Source of the DNA: Chiloscyllium plagiosum | Lineage: Eukaryota | Reading direction: 5' to 3' | DNA length: 37,560 bases | NCBI RefSeq assembly: GCF_004010195.1 | Contig: NC_057720.1 | Span: 6,313,229-6,350,788 of the forward strand | Shown: piece after piece, positions 11,862-24,133 of the stretch | Position numbering within the stretch: the first letter of the stretch is position 1 | How the letters are laid out: each line of letters starts with the position of its first letter | The notes under the pieces: model-generated | Told to the model about the DNA's origin: nothing | The model's database searches: none | The model's input: only the letters and a program-made list of their open reading frames with translations | Program-made: the position numbers and the translations under genes

Positions 11862-12478
11862 ATAGAGTCACAGAGTCCCTCACCACAGAGAAAGGCCCTT
11901 GGCCCAAACTGGTCCATGCTGACCAAAATGTCCATCCACACTAACCCCATTTCCCTGCACTTGCCCATATCCTTCTAGTCCTTTCCTATTCATGTATTTG
12001 TCCAAATGCCTTTTAAATGTTGTTAATGTACCCACCTCAACCACTTCCGCTGGCAGCTCATTCCATATCCGTACCACCTTCTGTGAAAAAAGTTGCCCCT
12101 CAGGTTCCCTTTTATTCTTTCCCCTCTAACTTTAAACTGATGCCCTCTAGTCCTCGATTCACCAACCGTGGGAAAAAGACTGAGTGCATTCACCATATCC
12201 ATGTCTGTCATGATCTTATACACTTCTATAAGATCCTCCCTCAGTCTCCTGCACTTTAAAGAGAAAAAGTTTTAGCTTGTCCACCCTCTCCCTATAACTC
12301 AGTCCGTTAAGTCCTGGCCACATCCTTGTAAATTTCTTCTGCATTCTTTCCAGTTTAATAACATCCTTCCTTTAGCAAGGTGACCAAAACTGAACCCAGT
12401 ATTCCAAGTGCGGCCTCACCAATGTCCTGTTCAACTGCACCATAACTTCCCAATTTCTATACTCAATTTCCTGACTAA
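11862..12478 (-). mobile_element. CR1 3' fragment
   Basis: GESRTRGHQFKVRG, VRIWNELPAEVVE..FKRHLDKYM. Confidence 0.9.
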
Positions 12479-13101
12479 ATCATTATTCTTCAAAGAGTCA
12501 GAGGGAAGGACTTAGGCTGGAGTAGTCACTGGACTAGTAATCCAGAACCCCAGTTAAACACCAAATAAAGCACAGGGTGACAGAGCTCATGATGGTACTG
12601 TACTGCACTGTAATAACTGTAGTAATTACGAGTCATGGAATGTTACAGCCACAGAAGGATACCATTTGGTATTCAGCCATGTTTAGAACATACGTAAATG
12701 ATAGGAATGAAAAGACCACCTCAAGCCTGCCCTTGTGATGATTAGGCCATCATGATGAAACTGTCCTGTTATCACCCAATCTCCAGGGTAAAGGCAGAAC
12801 AGTGAAGGGACCAGAGAAAAAACATAGGGTTCAGTAAAGGAAGGAAGGTTCTGGAGAAGTCCTTCACCATGCCACTGGAATCCAATCCAGAACAGGAATC
12901 TTTCTCTGCTCCCCCTGAGCTCTGTGCAATCAAACCCAGCAGCGCGGGCACCTCTAGGTGCGGAGGCCAATCAGAACATTCTGAAATGTGTGGAGGTCTT
13001 GGGAGCCCAGTCGAGACCCCTACCAGCTCAGGATCTCACAACACTACAGTGTGTGACAGTCCCATTTGTTCTTTTTAAATGGATCAGATGCGAAGCATTG
13101 T

Positions 13102-13415
13102 TGGCACGGTGACTCAATGGTTAGGGCTGCTACCTCACAGCAGTGGAGTTTGCACATTCTTCCTGTGTCTGCGCGGGTTTCCTCCGGTTGCTCCGATTTC
13201 CACCCACAGTCCAAAGATTTGCATGTTAGAATGGATTGGCCATGCTAAGCTGCCCATAGCATCCAGGGATGTGTGGGCGAGGTGGTTAGCCATGGTGAAT
13301 GGAGTGTCACGGGGATAGGATGAGGGGTGCTGGGTCTGGGTGGGATGCTCTTCAGTGAGTCAGTGCAGACTCGAAGGGATGAATAGCCTCCTTCTGCACT
13401 GTAGAGATTCTATAA
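13102..13415 (+). mobile_element. HE1-type V-SINE with B-box region deleted
   Basis: Head joined directly (CACAGCA|GTGGAGTTTGCAC) to V-domain; GATTCTAT tail. Confidence 0.88.
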
Positions 13416-13669
13416 TTGTCCAGGAATCCCAACATGAGCTGAATGTGATGTCAAATCTAGTGAGGGCCTCACTATTGGGCTGGAGTGGACAGGACTAACA
13501 CAGCTTGTCCGAATCAATGTGCAAACACACCATCCTCCACTGAAGATGAGGGAATTGGTTTTATAATCAAAACATTAAAGCACAGAATAAAGGTCAAATC
13601 AATTGGTGTTTATTCTCCTTTCCTAACCATAAGCCCATGGGACCATTCTGCCCCATATCCCCTAGAAGT

Positions 13670-14075
13670 ATAACACAAAGAACAGTGGATGCTAGAAATC
13701 TGAAAGCAAGAACAGATGTTGCTGGAGAAACTCAGCTGATCTGGCAATATTGATGGAGGGAAAACAGGGTTATCATTTCGGGACCACAACTGACGTTAGC
13801 TCGAAAAACGTGGCATATATGCTGAAGGCGTGTGGGTAGTGGTGAAGGAGGGGTAAAAGAGCAAGTGATAGATAAAGCAGAGCCCAGAGAGAAAGAAAGA
13901 CAGTTAGACAGACAAAGGAATGGATAATGATAAGCCAGGGAGAAAGAAAAGCTGACAGTAGGGACCTTAAGTAGGTGATAAAGGGCCTGTGGTGTGGGAT
14001 AGGTAAAGGACATGGAGGCAAGTGTTCGGGCTCTAAAATTATTGAACTTGATATTGAGTTTTGAACACTGTGGAT
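13670..14075 (-). mobile_element. Penelope-like element 3' end and pLTR (older family)
   Basis: Minus frame PQCSKLNIKFNNFRA resembles the PLE ORF end (QP.GLN); pLTR motif TTGCTGGAGAAACTCAGC resembles 22120 and 30120. Confidence 0.75.
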
Positions 14076-14084
14076 TTCCACCAA

Positions 14085-14655
14085 CAGAGTGGAGGTTGAG
14101 AGAGTTGAGAGCGTCAAATTCATCGGAGTGAAGATAACCGACAACCTGCCCTGGACTTCCCAGGTAGATGCGATGGTCAAGAAGGCACAACAACGCTTCG
14201 CCTTCCCCAGGTGGGTCAGGAAATTCAGCATGTCCATAAGGACCCACACCAACTTTAACAGATGCACCATTGAGAGCATACAGTTCGGGTGCATAACAGC
14301 CTGGTACGGTAACTACTGTGCCCAGGGCTGTAAGAAACTACAGAAGGTGGTGTGCACAGCGCAGACTATCATGGAACCCTACCTCCCATCCATGGACTCC
14401 ATTTATACAGCTTGTTGCTGCAGGAAGACTGTCAACATCATCAAAGACCTCAACCCCCCCCCCCCCCCCACCCAGTAATGCTCTCCTATAACCTCTTGCA
14501 TCAGGCAGAACATACAGAAGTTTGAACACACGCACCACCAGGTTCCAGAGCAGCTTCTTCCCCACTTGTTGTTAGACTGATGAATGGACTCTCTAACTTC
14601 AAATAATGTTGATCTTGTTAATGTTGATCTTGCCTAGTGCACGCCCCGTGTGATT
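14085..14655 (+). mobile_element. Rex1/Babar-like LINE, ORF C-terminus
   Basis: KKAQQRF..TNFNRCTIESI..CITAWYGN..KKLQKVV.TAQ.I..LPSMDSIY. Confidence 0.85.
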
Positions 14656-15316
14656 TAACTGATGGGCAGGACTGGCAGCTTAATGTTCCAGGATACAAAT
14701 GCTACAGGAAGGATAGAAAGGGAGGCAAGAGAGGAGGGGGAGTGGCATTTTTGATAAGAGATAGCATTACAGCTGTGCTGAGGGAGGATATTCCTGGAAA
14801 TACATCCAGGGAAGTTATTTGGGTGGAACTGAGAAATAAGAAAGGGATGATAACCTTATTGGGACTGTATTATAGATCCCCCCCATTAGTCAGAGGGAAA
14901 TTGAGAAACAAACTTGTAAGGAGATCTTAGCTATCTGTAAGAATAATAGGATGGTTATGGTAGGGAATTTTAACTTTACAAACATCGACTGGGACTGCCT
15001 GTTAAGGGTTTAGATGGAGAGGAATTTGTTAAATGTGTACAAGACAATTTTCTGATTCAGTATGTTAATGTACCTATTCGAGAAGGTGCAAAACTTGACC
15101 TACTCTTGGGAAATAAGGCAGGGCAGGTGACTGAGGTGTCAGTGGGGGAGCACTTTGGGGCCAGCGACCATAATTCTATTTGTTTTAAAATAGTGATGGA
15201 AAAGGATAGACCAGATCGAAAAGTTGAAGTTCTAAATTGGAGAAAGGCCAATTTTGATGGTATGAGGCAAGAACTTTCAAAAGCTGATTGGAGGCAGATG
15301 TTCGCAGGTAAAGGGA
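14656..15316 (+). mobile_element. CR1 ORF2 apurinic-endonuclease domain fragment
   Basis: GYKCYRKDR..GGGVA, GLYYRSP, GNFNF.NIDW, LDLLL, SDHN motifs. Confidence 0.92.
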
Positions 15317-16011
15317 NNNNNNNNNNNNNNNNNNNNNNNNNNNNNNNNNNNNNNNNNNNNNNNNNNNNNNNNNNNNNNNNNNNNNNNNNNNNNNNNNNNN
15401 NNNNNNNNNNNNNNNNNNNNNNNNNNNNNNNNNNNNNNNNNNNNNNNNNNNNNNNNNNNNNNNNNNNNNNNNNNNNNNNNNNNNNNNNNNNNNNNNNNNN
15501 NNNNNNNNNNNNNNNNNNNNNNNNNNNNNNNNNNNNNNNNNNNNNNNNNNNNNNNNNNNNNNNNNNNNNNNNNNNNNNNNNNNNNNNNNNNNNNNNNNNN
15601 NNNNNNNNNNNNNNNNNNNNNNNNNNNNNNNNNNNNNNNNNNNNNNNNNNNNNNNNNNNNNNNNNNNNNNNNNNNNNNNNNNNNNNNNNNNNNNNNNNNN
15701 NNNNNNNNNNNNNNNNNNNNNNNNNNNNNNNNNNNNNNNNNNNNNNNNNNNNNNNNNNNNNNNNNNNNNNNNNNNNNNNNNNNNNNNNNNNNNNNNNNNN
15801 NNNNNNNNNNNNNNNNNNNNNNNNNNNNNNNNNNNNNNNNNNNNNNNNNNNNNNNNNNNNNNNNNNNNNNNNNNNNNNNNNNNNNNNNNNNNNNNNNNNN
15901 NNNNNNNNNNNNNNNNNNNNNNNNNNNNNNNNNNNNNNNNNNNNNNNNNNNNNNNNNNNNNNNNNNNNNNNNNNNNNNNNNNNNNNNNNNNNNNNNNNNN
16001 NNNNNNNNNNN
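15317..16011. other. Assembly gap (N run)
   Basis: Ns. Confidence 1.
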
Positions 16012-16237
16012 AAAGCCATGTTGACTATTCCTAATCAGTCCTTGCCTTTCCAAATACATGTACATCCTGTCCCTCAGGATTCCCTCCAACAACTTGCCCA
16101 CCACTGAGGTCAGGCTCACCAGTCTAAAGTTCCCTGACTTGTCCTTACCACCCTTCTTCAACAGTGGCACCACGTTTGCCAACCTCCAGTCTTCCGGCAC
16201 CTCACCTGTGACTATTGATTATACAAATATCTCAGCA
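16012..16237 (-). mobile_element. CR1 RT N-terminal fragment (young subfamily)
   Basis: PEDWRLANVVPL..SLTSVVGKLLEGILRD..SQHGF; nearly identical to 27143-27337. Confidence 0.92.
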
Positions 16238-16368
16238 AAATGGAAAAAAACTCTGGCTGTAAGAGCTGCTCCTTTTCTTGAGGTATTTTTGGCGTTGGAG
16301 GTGATTTTCTCGAATTCCAGGAGCAGCAATTACTGTTTTATATGCTATTGCATTGTTTTGGAACTTTG

Positions 16369-16794
16369 GAATAGGCTGGCGCTGTTTTCCCTGGAGCGTC
16401 GGAGGCTGAGGGGTGACCTTATAGAGGTTTATAAAATCATGAGGGGCATGGGTAGGAAAAATAGACAAATCTTTTCCCTGGGGTGGGGGAGTCCAGAACT
16501 AGAGGGCATAGGTTTAGGGTGAGAGGGGAAAGCTATAAAAGAGACCTAAGGAGTAACCTTTTCATGTAGAGGGTGGTACGTGTATGGAATGAGCTGCCAG
16601 ACAATGTGATAGAGGCCGGTACATTTACAACATTTAAGAGGCATCTGGATGGGTATATGAATAGGAAGGGTTTGGAGGGATATGGACCGGGTGCTGGCAG
16701 GTGGGACTGGATTGGTTTGGGATATCTGGTCGTCGGTTGGACCGAAGGGTCTGTTTCCATGCTGTACATCTCTATGACCCTATGACTCTATGAC
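16369..16794 (+). mobile_element. CR1 3' end with (CTATGACT)n tail
   Basis: FSLERRRLRGDLIEVYKIMRG, VRVWNELP; close reverse-complement match to 26100-26451. Confidence 0.93.
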
Positions 16795-17055
16795 ATTATG
16801 ACACAAGTCCAGCATCGGTGGGACTTGATCTCAGAACATTCTGGCCCAGAGATTGGACACTACACCACCAAAGCCCCTTCTCCATATCCCATTAGAACTC
16901 TCTCCTTCAATCACCAACTTAATCTTCTTTAGTAATTATTCTTAATCAAGCTGCTCAACGATATTATAATACACCACAGGACGAGGTGCGATTTGAAATT
17001 AGAACATCTAACATAGATGCAGGGATACCACAACTGCACCACAAGCTTACTCTAA

Positions 17056-17494
17056 AATCATAGAATTCCCCTCCAGCGTGGAAGCAGGCCATTCAGCCCA
17101 TCAAGTCCCCCAAAGAGCATCCTACCCAGACATACCCCAAACTAATGCTACATTGCCCATGGCTAACCCAACTAGCCTGAACACTATGGGCAGTTTAACG
17201 TGGCTAGCCAACTAGCCTGAACACTATGGGCAGTTTAACACGGCTAACCCAACTAGCCTGAACACTATGGGCAGTTAAACATGTCTAACCCAACTAGCCT
17301 GAATACTATGGGCAGTTTAACATGGCTAACCCGACCCACCCTGCACATCTTTGGACTGTGGGAGGAAATCAGAGCACCCAGAAGAAACCCACGCAAAGAA
17401 TGTGCAAGTTCCAGACAGACAGTTTACCCAGGCTTAGATTGAACCCGGATCCCGTGCACTGTGAGGCAGAGCAGACTAACCACTGAGCTGCCCC
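17056..17494 (-). mobile_element. HE1-type V-SINE with expanded internal tandem repeat
   Basis: Head at about 17430-17494, V-domain, tail at 17056. Confidence 0.9.
17159..17332. repeat. Tandem repeat of a 40-41 bp unit, 4 full copies plus a partial, inside HE1
   Basis: Unit ATGGCTAACCCAACTAGCCTGAACACTATGGGCAGTTTAAC starting at 17159, 17200, 17240, 17281 and 17322. Confidence 0.95.
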
Positions 17495-19569
17495 AAATGT
17501 TAACACACTCCCTGCTTCAGTCACGAACTCCCTGGTACACACCTCAGTATGAAATCCTCTGTGAATTAAGAAGTCATACAGTGTGGAAACCATGTCTCAA
17601 AAGAAGGTTTCTCCTGTGTTTTGTCAGATATTTCTTAAACTTGAACTTATGCATCATCCTAGCATTCTCATGTGCAATTCTGAAATCTAGACTATGGGAA
17701 GGGAGTGATCGCACTGGAGAGGATGCAGAGGAGACTGAACAGGGTATTGCCTGGCCTGAAGAGTTTTGATTATAAAGAGAGATTGGTCAGACTGGAATTG
17801 TTTTCCCTAGAGCAGATGTGATTCTTGATTGTGATGGATAACACTATGAGGGAGATAGATGGAGCAGACAGGAGCAAATGAATATAGAACATTACAGCGC
17901 AGTACAGCCCCTTCGGCCCTCGATGCTGCACCGCCCTTTCATACTAATCTGAAGCCCATCCCACCTACACTATTCCATGTAGGTCCATATGCCTGTCCAA
18001 TGACGACTTAAATGCACTTAAACTTGGAGAATCTACTACCGTTGCGGGCAAAGCATTCCATACCCTTACTACTCTCTGAGTAAAGAAACAACCTCTGATA
18101 TCTGTCTTATACCTATCTCCCCTCACTTTAAAGTTGTGTCCCATCGTGTTTGCCGTCCCCATACTTGGAAAAAGGCTCTCCCTGTCCACCCTATCTAACC
18201 CTCTGATTATCTTGTATGTCTCTATTAGGTCACCTCTCAACCTTCTTCTCTCTAACGAGAACAGCCTCAAGGCCCTCAGCCTTTCCTCGTAAGACATTCC
18301 TTCCGTACCAGGCAACATCCTAGTAAATCTCCTCTGCAGCCTTTCCAAAGATTCCACATCCTTCTTATAATGCGGTGACCAGAACTGTACACAATACTCC
18401 AAGTGTGGCTGTACCAGAGCTTTGTACAGCTGCAGCATAACCTCCTGGTTCCGGAACTCAATCCCTCTATTAATAAAGGCCAAAACACTGTATGCCTTCT
18501 TAACAACCTTGTCAATCTGGCTGGCAACTTTCAGGGATCTGTGCACATGGACACCGAGATCTCTCTGCTCATCTGCACTCCCAAGAATCTTACCATTAGC
18601 CCAGTACTTTGCATTCCGATTACTCTGTCCAAAGTGTATCACCTCACACTTGTCCACATTAAACTCCATATGCCACCTCTCAGCCCAGCTCTGCATCCTA
18701 TCTATGTCTCTCTGCAACCTACTACATCCTTCATCACTATCCACAACTCCACCGACCTTAGTGTCGTCCACAAATTTACTAACCCACCCTTCTAAACCCT
18801 CATCCAGGTCATTTATAAAAATGACGAACAGCAGTGGACCCAACACCGACCCTTGCGGTACGCCGCTGGTAAGTGGACACCAAGATGAATATGTTCCATC
18901 AACTACAACCCTCTGTTTTCTTCCAACAAGCCAATTACTGATCCAAACTGCTATGTCTCCCACAATCCCATTCCTCCGCATTTGTACAATAGCCTACTGT
19001 GGGGAACCTTATCGAACGCCTTGCTGAAATCCATATACATCACATCAACCTGTTTACTCTCATTCTACCTGTTTGATCACTTTGTCAAAAAACTCAATAA
19101 GTTTCTTTAGGCACGAGCTACCCTTCACAAAACCGTGCTGACTGTCCCTGATCAGATTATTCTTTTCTAGATATTTATAAATCCTATCTCTTATAACCTT
19201 TTCCAATACTTACCAACAACTGAAGTGAGACTCACTGGTCTGTAATTACCAGGGTTGTCTCTACTACCCTTTTTGAACAAGGGAACCACATTTGCTATCC
19301 TCCAGTCCTCAGGCACTATTCCTGTAGACAATGATGATTTGAAGATCAATGCCCAAGGCTTGGCAATCTCTTCCCTTGCTTCCCAGAGGATCCTAGGATA
19401 GATTCCATCGGACCCAGGGGACTTGTCTATTTTCACACTTTGCAGTATTTCTAATACCTCTTCCTTGTGAACCTCAATCTCTTCTCGTCTAGATGCAAGT
19501 ATCTCTGTATCTTCCTCGCCAACATTTTCATTTTCTATAGTGAACACTGTCGAAAAATATTTATTTAGT

Positions 19570-19704
19570 GATTAGATTAGATTACATTAGATTAGATTAC
19601 ATTACAGTGTGGAAACAGGCCCTTCGGCCCAACAAGTCCACACCGACCCGCCGAAGCGAAACCCACCCATACCCCTACATTTACCCCTTACCTAACACTA
19701 CGGG
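19570..19704 (-). mobile_element. Young HE1 SINE 3' part inserted in CR1 (rest in gap)
   Basis: (AATCT)n-type tail at 19570-19604; nearly identical to the 3' half of 33215-33535. Confidence 0.9.
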
Positions 19705-19793
19705 NNNNNNNNNNNNNNNNNNNNNNNNNNNNNNNNNNNNNNNNNNNNNNNNNNNNNNNNNNNNNNNNNNNNNNNNNNNNNNNNNNNNNNNNN
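19705..19793. other. Assembly gap (N run)
   Basis: Ns. Confidence 1.
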
Positions 19794-20705
19794 CTAATTT
19801 AACTCTCGTCATTCTTTTATTCCTGACATACCTATGGAAAACCTTAGGGTTAACCCTGATTGTATTTGCCAACAACTTCTCATGTCTCCTCCTGGCTCTT
19901 CTGAGCTCTCTTTTTAGATCTTTCCTGATTTCCTTGTAACCCTCAAGCGCCCTAACTGAGTTTTCACATTTTGTTCTAACATAAGCCTTCTTCTTCTTCT
20001 TGACCAGGGATTCCACTTCCTTAGTAAACCAAGGCTCACGCATTTTATATCTTCCTCCCTGCCTGACAGGTACATACTTACCTAGGACACACAGGAGCTT
20101 TTCCTTGAATAAGCTCCACATTTTTGATGCGCTCATCCCCTGCAGTTTCCTTCCCCATTCTATGCTTCCTAAATCTTTCCAAATTGCATCGTAATTTCCC
20201 TTCCCCCAGCTGTAACGCTTGCTCATTGGAATACACCTATCCCTTTCCATCACTAAAGTAAACCTGTCAGAATTGTGATCGCTATCTCCAAAGTGCTCAC
20301 CTACTTCCAAATCTAACACCTGCCCGGGCTCATTACCCGTACTAAATCTAAAGTGGCTTCGCCCCTTGTAGGCCTGTCTACATACTGTGTCAGGAAGCCC
20401 TCCTGCACACACTGGACAAAAACTGACCCATCTATAGTACTCGTACTGTAGTGATCCCAGTCAATATTTGGATAGTTGAAGTCCCCCAGGACCGCCTCTC
20501 TCACTCCGATTGAGAATCATGTTTTCTCTTTGATGGAGAAATCAGTGACCAGGGATATAGATTGAGGGAAAAGGGCGAGAGGTTTAGAGAAGATGTGAAA
20601 AAAAAAACATTTTTTCTCTCAGAGCGTGGCAGTAATCTGGAACTCACTAACTGTAAGGGTGGTAGAGGGAAAAAAAAATCATAACATTTAAGAAGTTATG
20701 GTCCT

Positions 20706-21326
20706 GGGTCAGCACAGTGGTTCAGTCATTAACACTGCTGCCTTACAGCGCCAGGGATCCAGGTTTGATTCCAGTCTTGGTGACTGTCTGTGTGGAGTTT
20801 GCACATTCTCCCCGTGTCTGTGTGGGTTTCCTCTGGGTGCTCTGGTTTCCTCCCGCAATCCAAAGATATTAGGGTGCATTGGACATGCTAAATTGCCCAT
20901 AGTGTTCAGGATGTGTAAGTTAGGTGCATTTTGTCAGGGGAAATTTAAGGGGGATATACATCGCAAGTATTTCACACAGAGGGTAGTGTACATCTGGAAC
21001 GCATTACCAGCAGAAGTGGTAGAGGCAGGCACAGTAGATTCATTTAAGGTGCATCTGAACAGATGCATGAGTAGGTGGGGAGTAGAGGGGTACAGATGCT
21101 TAGGAATCGGGTGGCAGGTTTAGAAAGTAGATTTGGATCGGCTCAGGCTTGGGCAGCCAAAGGGTCTGTTCCTCGGCTGTAAATGTTCTTTGTTCTTTGT
21201 TCTTTGAAATGTAGAGTGATAGGCTGAGGGAATAGGTCTGGGTAGGATACTCTTCGGAGGGTCGGTGTGGACTTGTTGAGCCAAAGTGCCTGTTTCCACA
21301 CTGTAGGGATTCTATGATATTCTATG
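20706..21326 (+). mobile_element. HE1 V-SINE split by a CR1 3' fragment
   Basis: Head and V-domain 20706-20944; tail half 21206-21326. Confidence 0.9.
20945..21205 (+). mobile_element. CR1 3' fragment with (GTTCTTT)n tail inside HE1
   Basis: KYFTQRVVYIWNALPAEVVEAG; GAAAT duplicated at 20940-20944 and 21206-21210. Confidence 0.88.
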
Positions 21327-22104
21327 AAATATTTCGATAATCACTTACAATGCCAAGACAAACAGAGTAATATTGCTGGAAAATGGGATTGGAACTGTTA
21401 CAGGCTTATTTTTGGGCCAAATGCCCTTTGCTTTGTGAGTAGAACCCAATGTCTCTATTACTATGGTTACTTAACTATTCCAACCAATCCATTTCCATGT
21501 GCTCACTTGATGATTTGAAGCATCACCAATAATATCTTGGTTCTAATCAAAATACAATCAGGGTTGGCACTAATGAGATGATTTTCTGCCCCTTCGTCCT
21601 TTTGTGGAGAGCTTTGTTCAGCAAGAGTACAAACTGACATTCTGGTGTGCGGATTTTCCTGACTGGCTTCTGAGAAAATTCACCCTTCAATGGATAGGGC
21701 TCCCCTTTTAAACAATCTGATTGAGTGAGAAAAGGCCCCCAATTTCATTCCAGAGCTGGTGCTGTTTTGTAGTTTATGTGGAGAGTCCGCATTGCGATGA
21801 CAATACGCTTATTCATATACATGTTGTAGTCTGGATAATGGTGGCAGAAGGTCCATCATTCTTCCAATTGCATAGTTGGCTAGGTACCTCCCCAACTCTT
21901 ACTGACTTGTATCAAGGGGATTTATACTTTCATTAGTCAATAAGTCTAACTAAGTAGGTCTGACTCCTGGACCTTCCATCTCAGCGGTAAGGATAATACC
22001 GACTGAGCTGCAAGAGCTCCCTTAGATAGGAGGGATGGGTGGAGAGAGATGAGGGAAACATTGAGACTTTAAGACATGAAGTTTCAAAAATGAAAGCATT
22101 CCTT

Positions 22105-22204
22105 GAACAAAAGTAGAAATTGCTGGAAAAGCACAGCAGGTCTAGCAGCATCTGTGGAGAGAAATCAGAGATTATATTTCGGTCAAGTGACCCTCCCTCA
22201 GAAC
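22105..22204 (-). mobile_element. PLE pLTR fragment with decayed hammerhead core
   Basis: Minus strand guuCUGAGGG-A-GGGUC-ACUU-GACC-GAAAUAUA; TTGCTGGAAAAGCACAGCAGGTC motif shared with other PLE ends. Confidence 0.75.
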
Positions 22205-22900
22205 ATTTCTAAAGTTCACAGAACATTCACAGCATTTTGAGGTTATGATTAGCTAACGACCAGTTGTGGCGCTTAACTTTCAGGCATACTAATTGTTTGT
22301 GTATCTGACAAATGACTGTGTTTATTACAAATTACATATGTAATGTCAAATGCCAATTGAACAGTAAATCTCAAGCATTATTCAAGTGAGTATCTCATTT
22401 TGAGAATGCCATGACATGATGTTTGACAACAATACAATAAAAAAATTACCTTACCTTAATGGTCTGTACAAGGGACATTGAAATCGAAACTGTGAAGCAA
22501 TTAATTACTGGCACAATGGAATTAATAATTTCAGTTTTGAAAGCATATTTTACTTCTCAGCCAACATCCTGTCCATAGCATGGATTCAGTTTGCCAAAGT
22601 GATTAGATGACGGGAATGGTAATACTGACAACTTCGATTATTCTTTCACCTTCTGTATTTGCATTAAAATCCAGCGCAGGGACTTTGAACAAAAGCCCTA
22701 TGCAGAACGTTGTGGAAAATGGATTTCGATAGTGCCGGTGAATTTGAGAATGAGCAAACTATTTGTAGTGCAGGGACAAAGCTTATTAACCTCGGCAGCT
22801 GTTTAATCTCATAAATCTTCTTTCTTCTCTTCATCTACCCCTTCCCAATGAACGTATTTCTTCCTCATTCATGCTGTTATCCAACTCCCTTCACAAGCAA

Positions 22901-23040
22901 TAAAAAAGCAAAAGGACTGCGGATGCTGTAAATCAGGTTCGGTGACCCTTCCTCAGAACTGAACCCAAAGCGCTCACTCTGATTTCTCTTCACAGATGCT
23001 ACCAGACCTGCTGAGCTTTTCCAGTAATTTATGCTCTTTT
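22901..23040. mobile_element. PLE pLTR fold-back remnant
   Basis: Same family as 30085-30303; minus strand guuCUGAGGA-A-GGGUCAC; degenerate TSD 22886-22900 vs 23041-23055 (12/15). Confidence 0.75.
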
Positions 23041-23407
23041 TCCATTCATATGCAAATGATCTTTACTTAAACGATTCGATGCAGGAGTGAGATCAACACT
23101 GTCACCATTCTGTGATTGATAAAGTTGCTCCTGAGTCCCCTGTTGGATTTATGAATGACTGCCATATATTTTTGGCCCTTCTTTGTTCTACCTTCAAGCA
23201 AAAACATCTTTTCTATATCAAAGATAAAGAGCTCACCCCTCAATGTTTAGCTAAGAGAAAACAATGTTGATCCTTCCTGTCAGCTCTGATAGCACCTTCT
23301 TAAATCACCATTTGTGTTTTTCCAACACTTTTATCTTCCACTTGAGGTTCTCAGACTGAAGGCATGTTCAACTCAGGGCACCTTGATCCCCACCACTGGA
23401 TGAGGCA

Positions 23408-23630
23408 AGAATCACAGAACTATTACAGTGCAAAGGAAGGCCATTCAGCCCATTTTGCCTGCATTGGTTCTATTACTCAGTGCCAATCTCCTGCCTTTTC
23501 CCCATATCCCTGCTCACCATTTCTATCCAAAAAATCAACCAATGCCCCTCTTAAATACCTCAGCTGAACCTGCCTCCACCTCATTTTCAGTCAATGCATT
23601 CCCAACCCTAAATATTCACTGTGTGACATT
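23408..23630 (-). mobile_element. CR1 3' end fragment, degraded
   Basis: GGAAGGCCATTCAGCCCA 3' UTR motif and ORF2-end remnants. Confidence 0.7.
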
Positions 23631-23784
23631 TCCTTTTCTCTCATTGTTCTTACTTCAGCACTTACTGTGCTGTAAGAAGGCAAGTTCTAATGTTATTCCA
23701 GCTGGGATTGAACACTATGCTGTTTGCACTAAGCTGATCTGTGCCAGAAATCTGTCCAATCCGCTGCACTCGCCCTCCTAAAAT

Positions 23785-24114
23785 GGGCAGCACAGTGGCT
23801 CAGTGGTTAGCACTGCTGCCTCACAGTGCCAGGGACCTGGGTTCGATTCCACCCTTGCGTCTGTGTGGACTTTGCATGTTTTTACTGTATGTGCTTTAGT
23901 TTCTTCTGGATTCTCCGGTTTCCTCTAAAATGTTCAGGTTAGGTGGACTGGTCATGGTAAATTGCCCTAGTGTCCAGGGATGTGCAAGCTAGGTAGATTA
24001 GGCATAGGAAATGCAAGGTTATAGGGATGGAATAGTTCAGTGGGATGCTCATAGGAAGTTCGGTATAGATTTGATGGGCTGAATGGCCTGCTTCCACACT
24101 GTAGGGATTCTATG
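23785..24114 (+). mobile_element. HE1-type V-SINE
   Basis: A box TGGCTCAGTGG, B box GGTTCGATTCC, V-domain, GATTCTATG tail. Confidence 0.92.
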
Positions 24115-24133
24115 AAATGAAACAGGAGTCCAA

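Larger units (their letters stand above)
17880..20492 (-). mobile_element. Long 5'-truncated CR1 (EN end, linker, RT, 3' UTR)
   Basis: GDFNYPNIDWD, SDHN, REPWF, KSPGSDGIYPR, YRPVSLTSVVGK, GVPQGSVLGP, KFVDDTK; 338-codon open segment 17965-18981; frameshifts elsewhere. Confidence 0.96.
20520..21450 (+). mobile_element. Old CR1 3' end, host of nested HE1 and CR1 insertions
   Basis: CR1 3' motifs at 20520-20700 (CAGAGCGTGGCAGTAATCTGGAACTCAC) resume at about 21326. Confidence 0.7.

Noticed and set aside
13770..13815. Hammerhead core in the 13670-14075 PLE pLTR
   Set aside because: Only the CCCGAAA side is recognisable on the minus strand; CUGANGA is not retained.
15057..16200. ORFs over 300 aa spanning N runs (similar gap-spanning ORFs at 4119-4804 and 26121-27413)
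   Set aside because: Artefacts of translating through gaps.
17159..17332. CRISPR-like array
   Set aside because: Head-to-tail units without unique spacers, inside a eukaryotic SINE.
17965..18981. 338-aa ORF as a domesticated RT gene
   Set aside because: Part of a 5'-truncated CR1 with upstream frameshifts, an HE1 insertion and an FADD-to-FVDD change; it simply looks young.
18403..19027. Long antisense ORFs over RT regions (also 431-784, 1115-1495, 2878-3147)
   Set aside because: Common by-product of RT codon usage; no recognisable domain.
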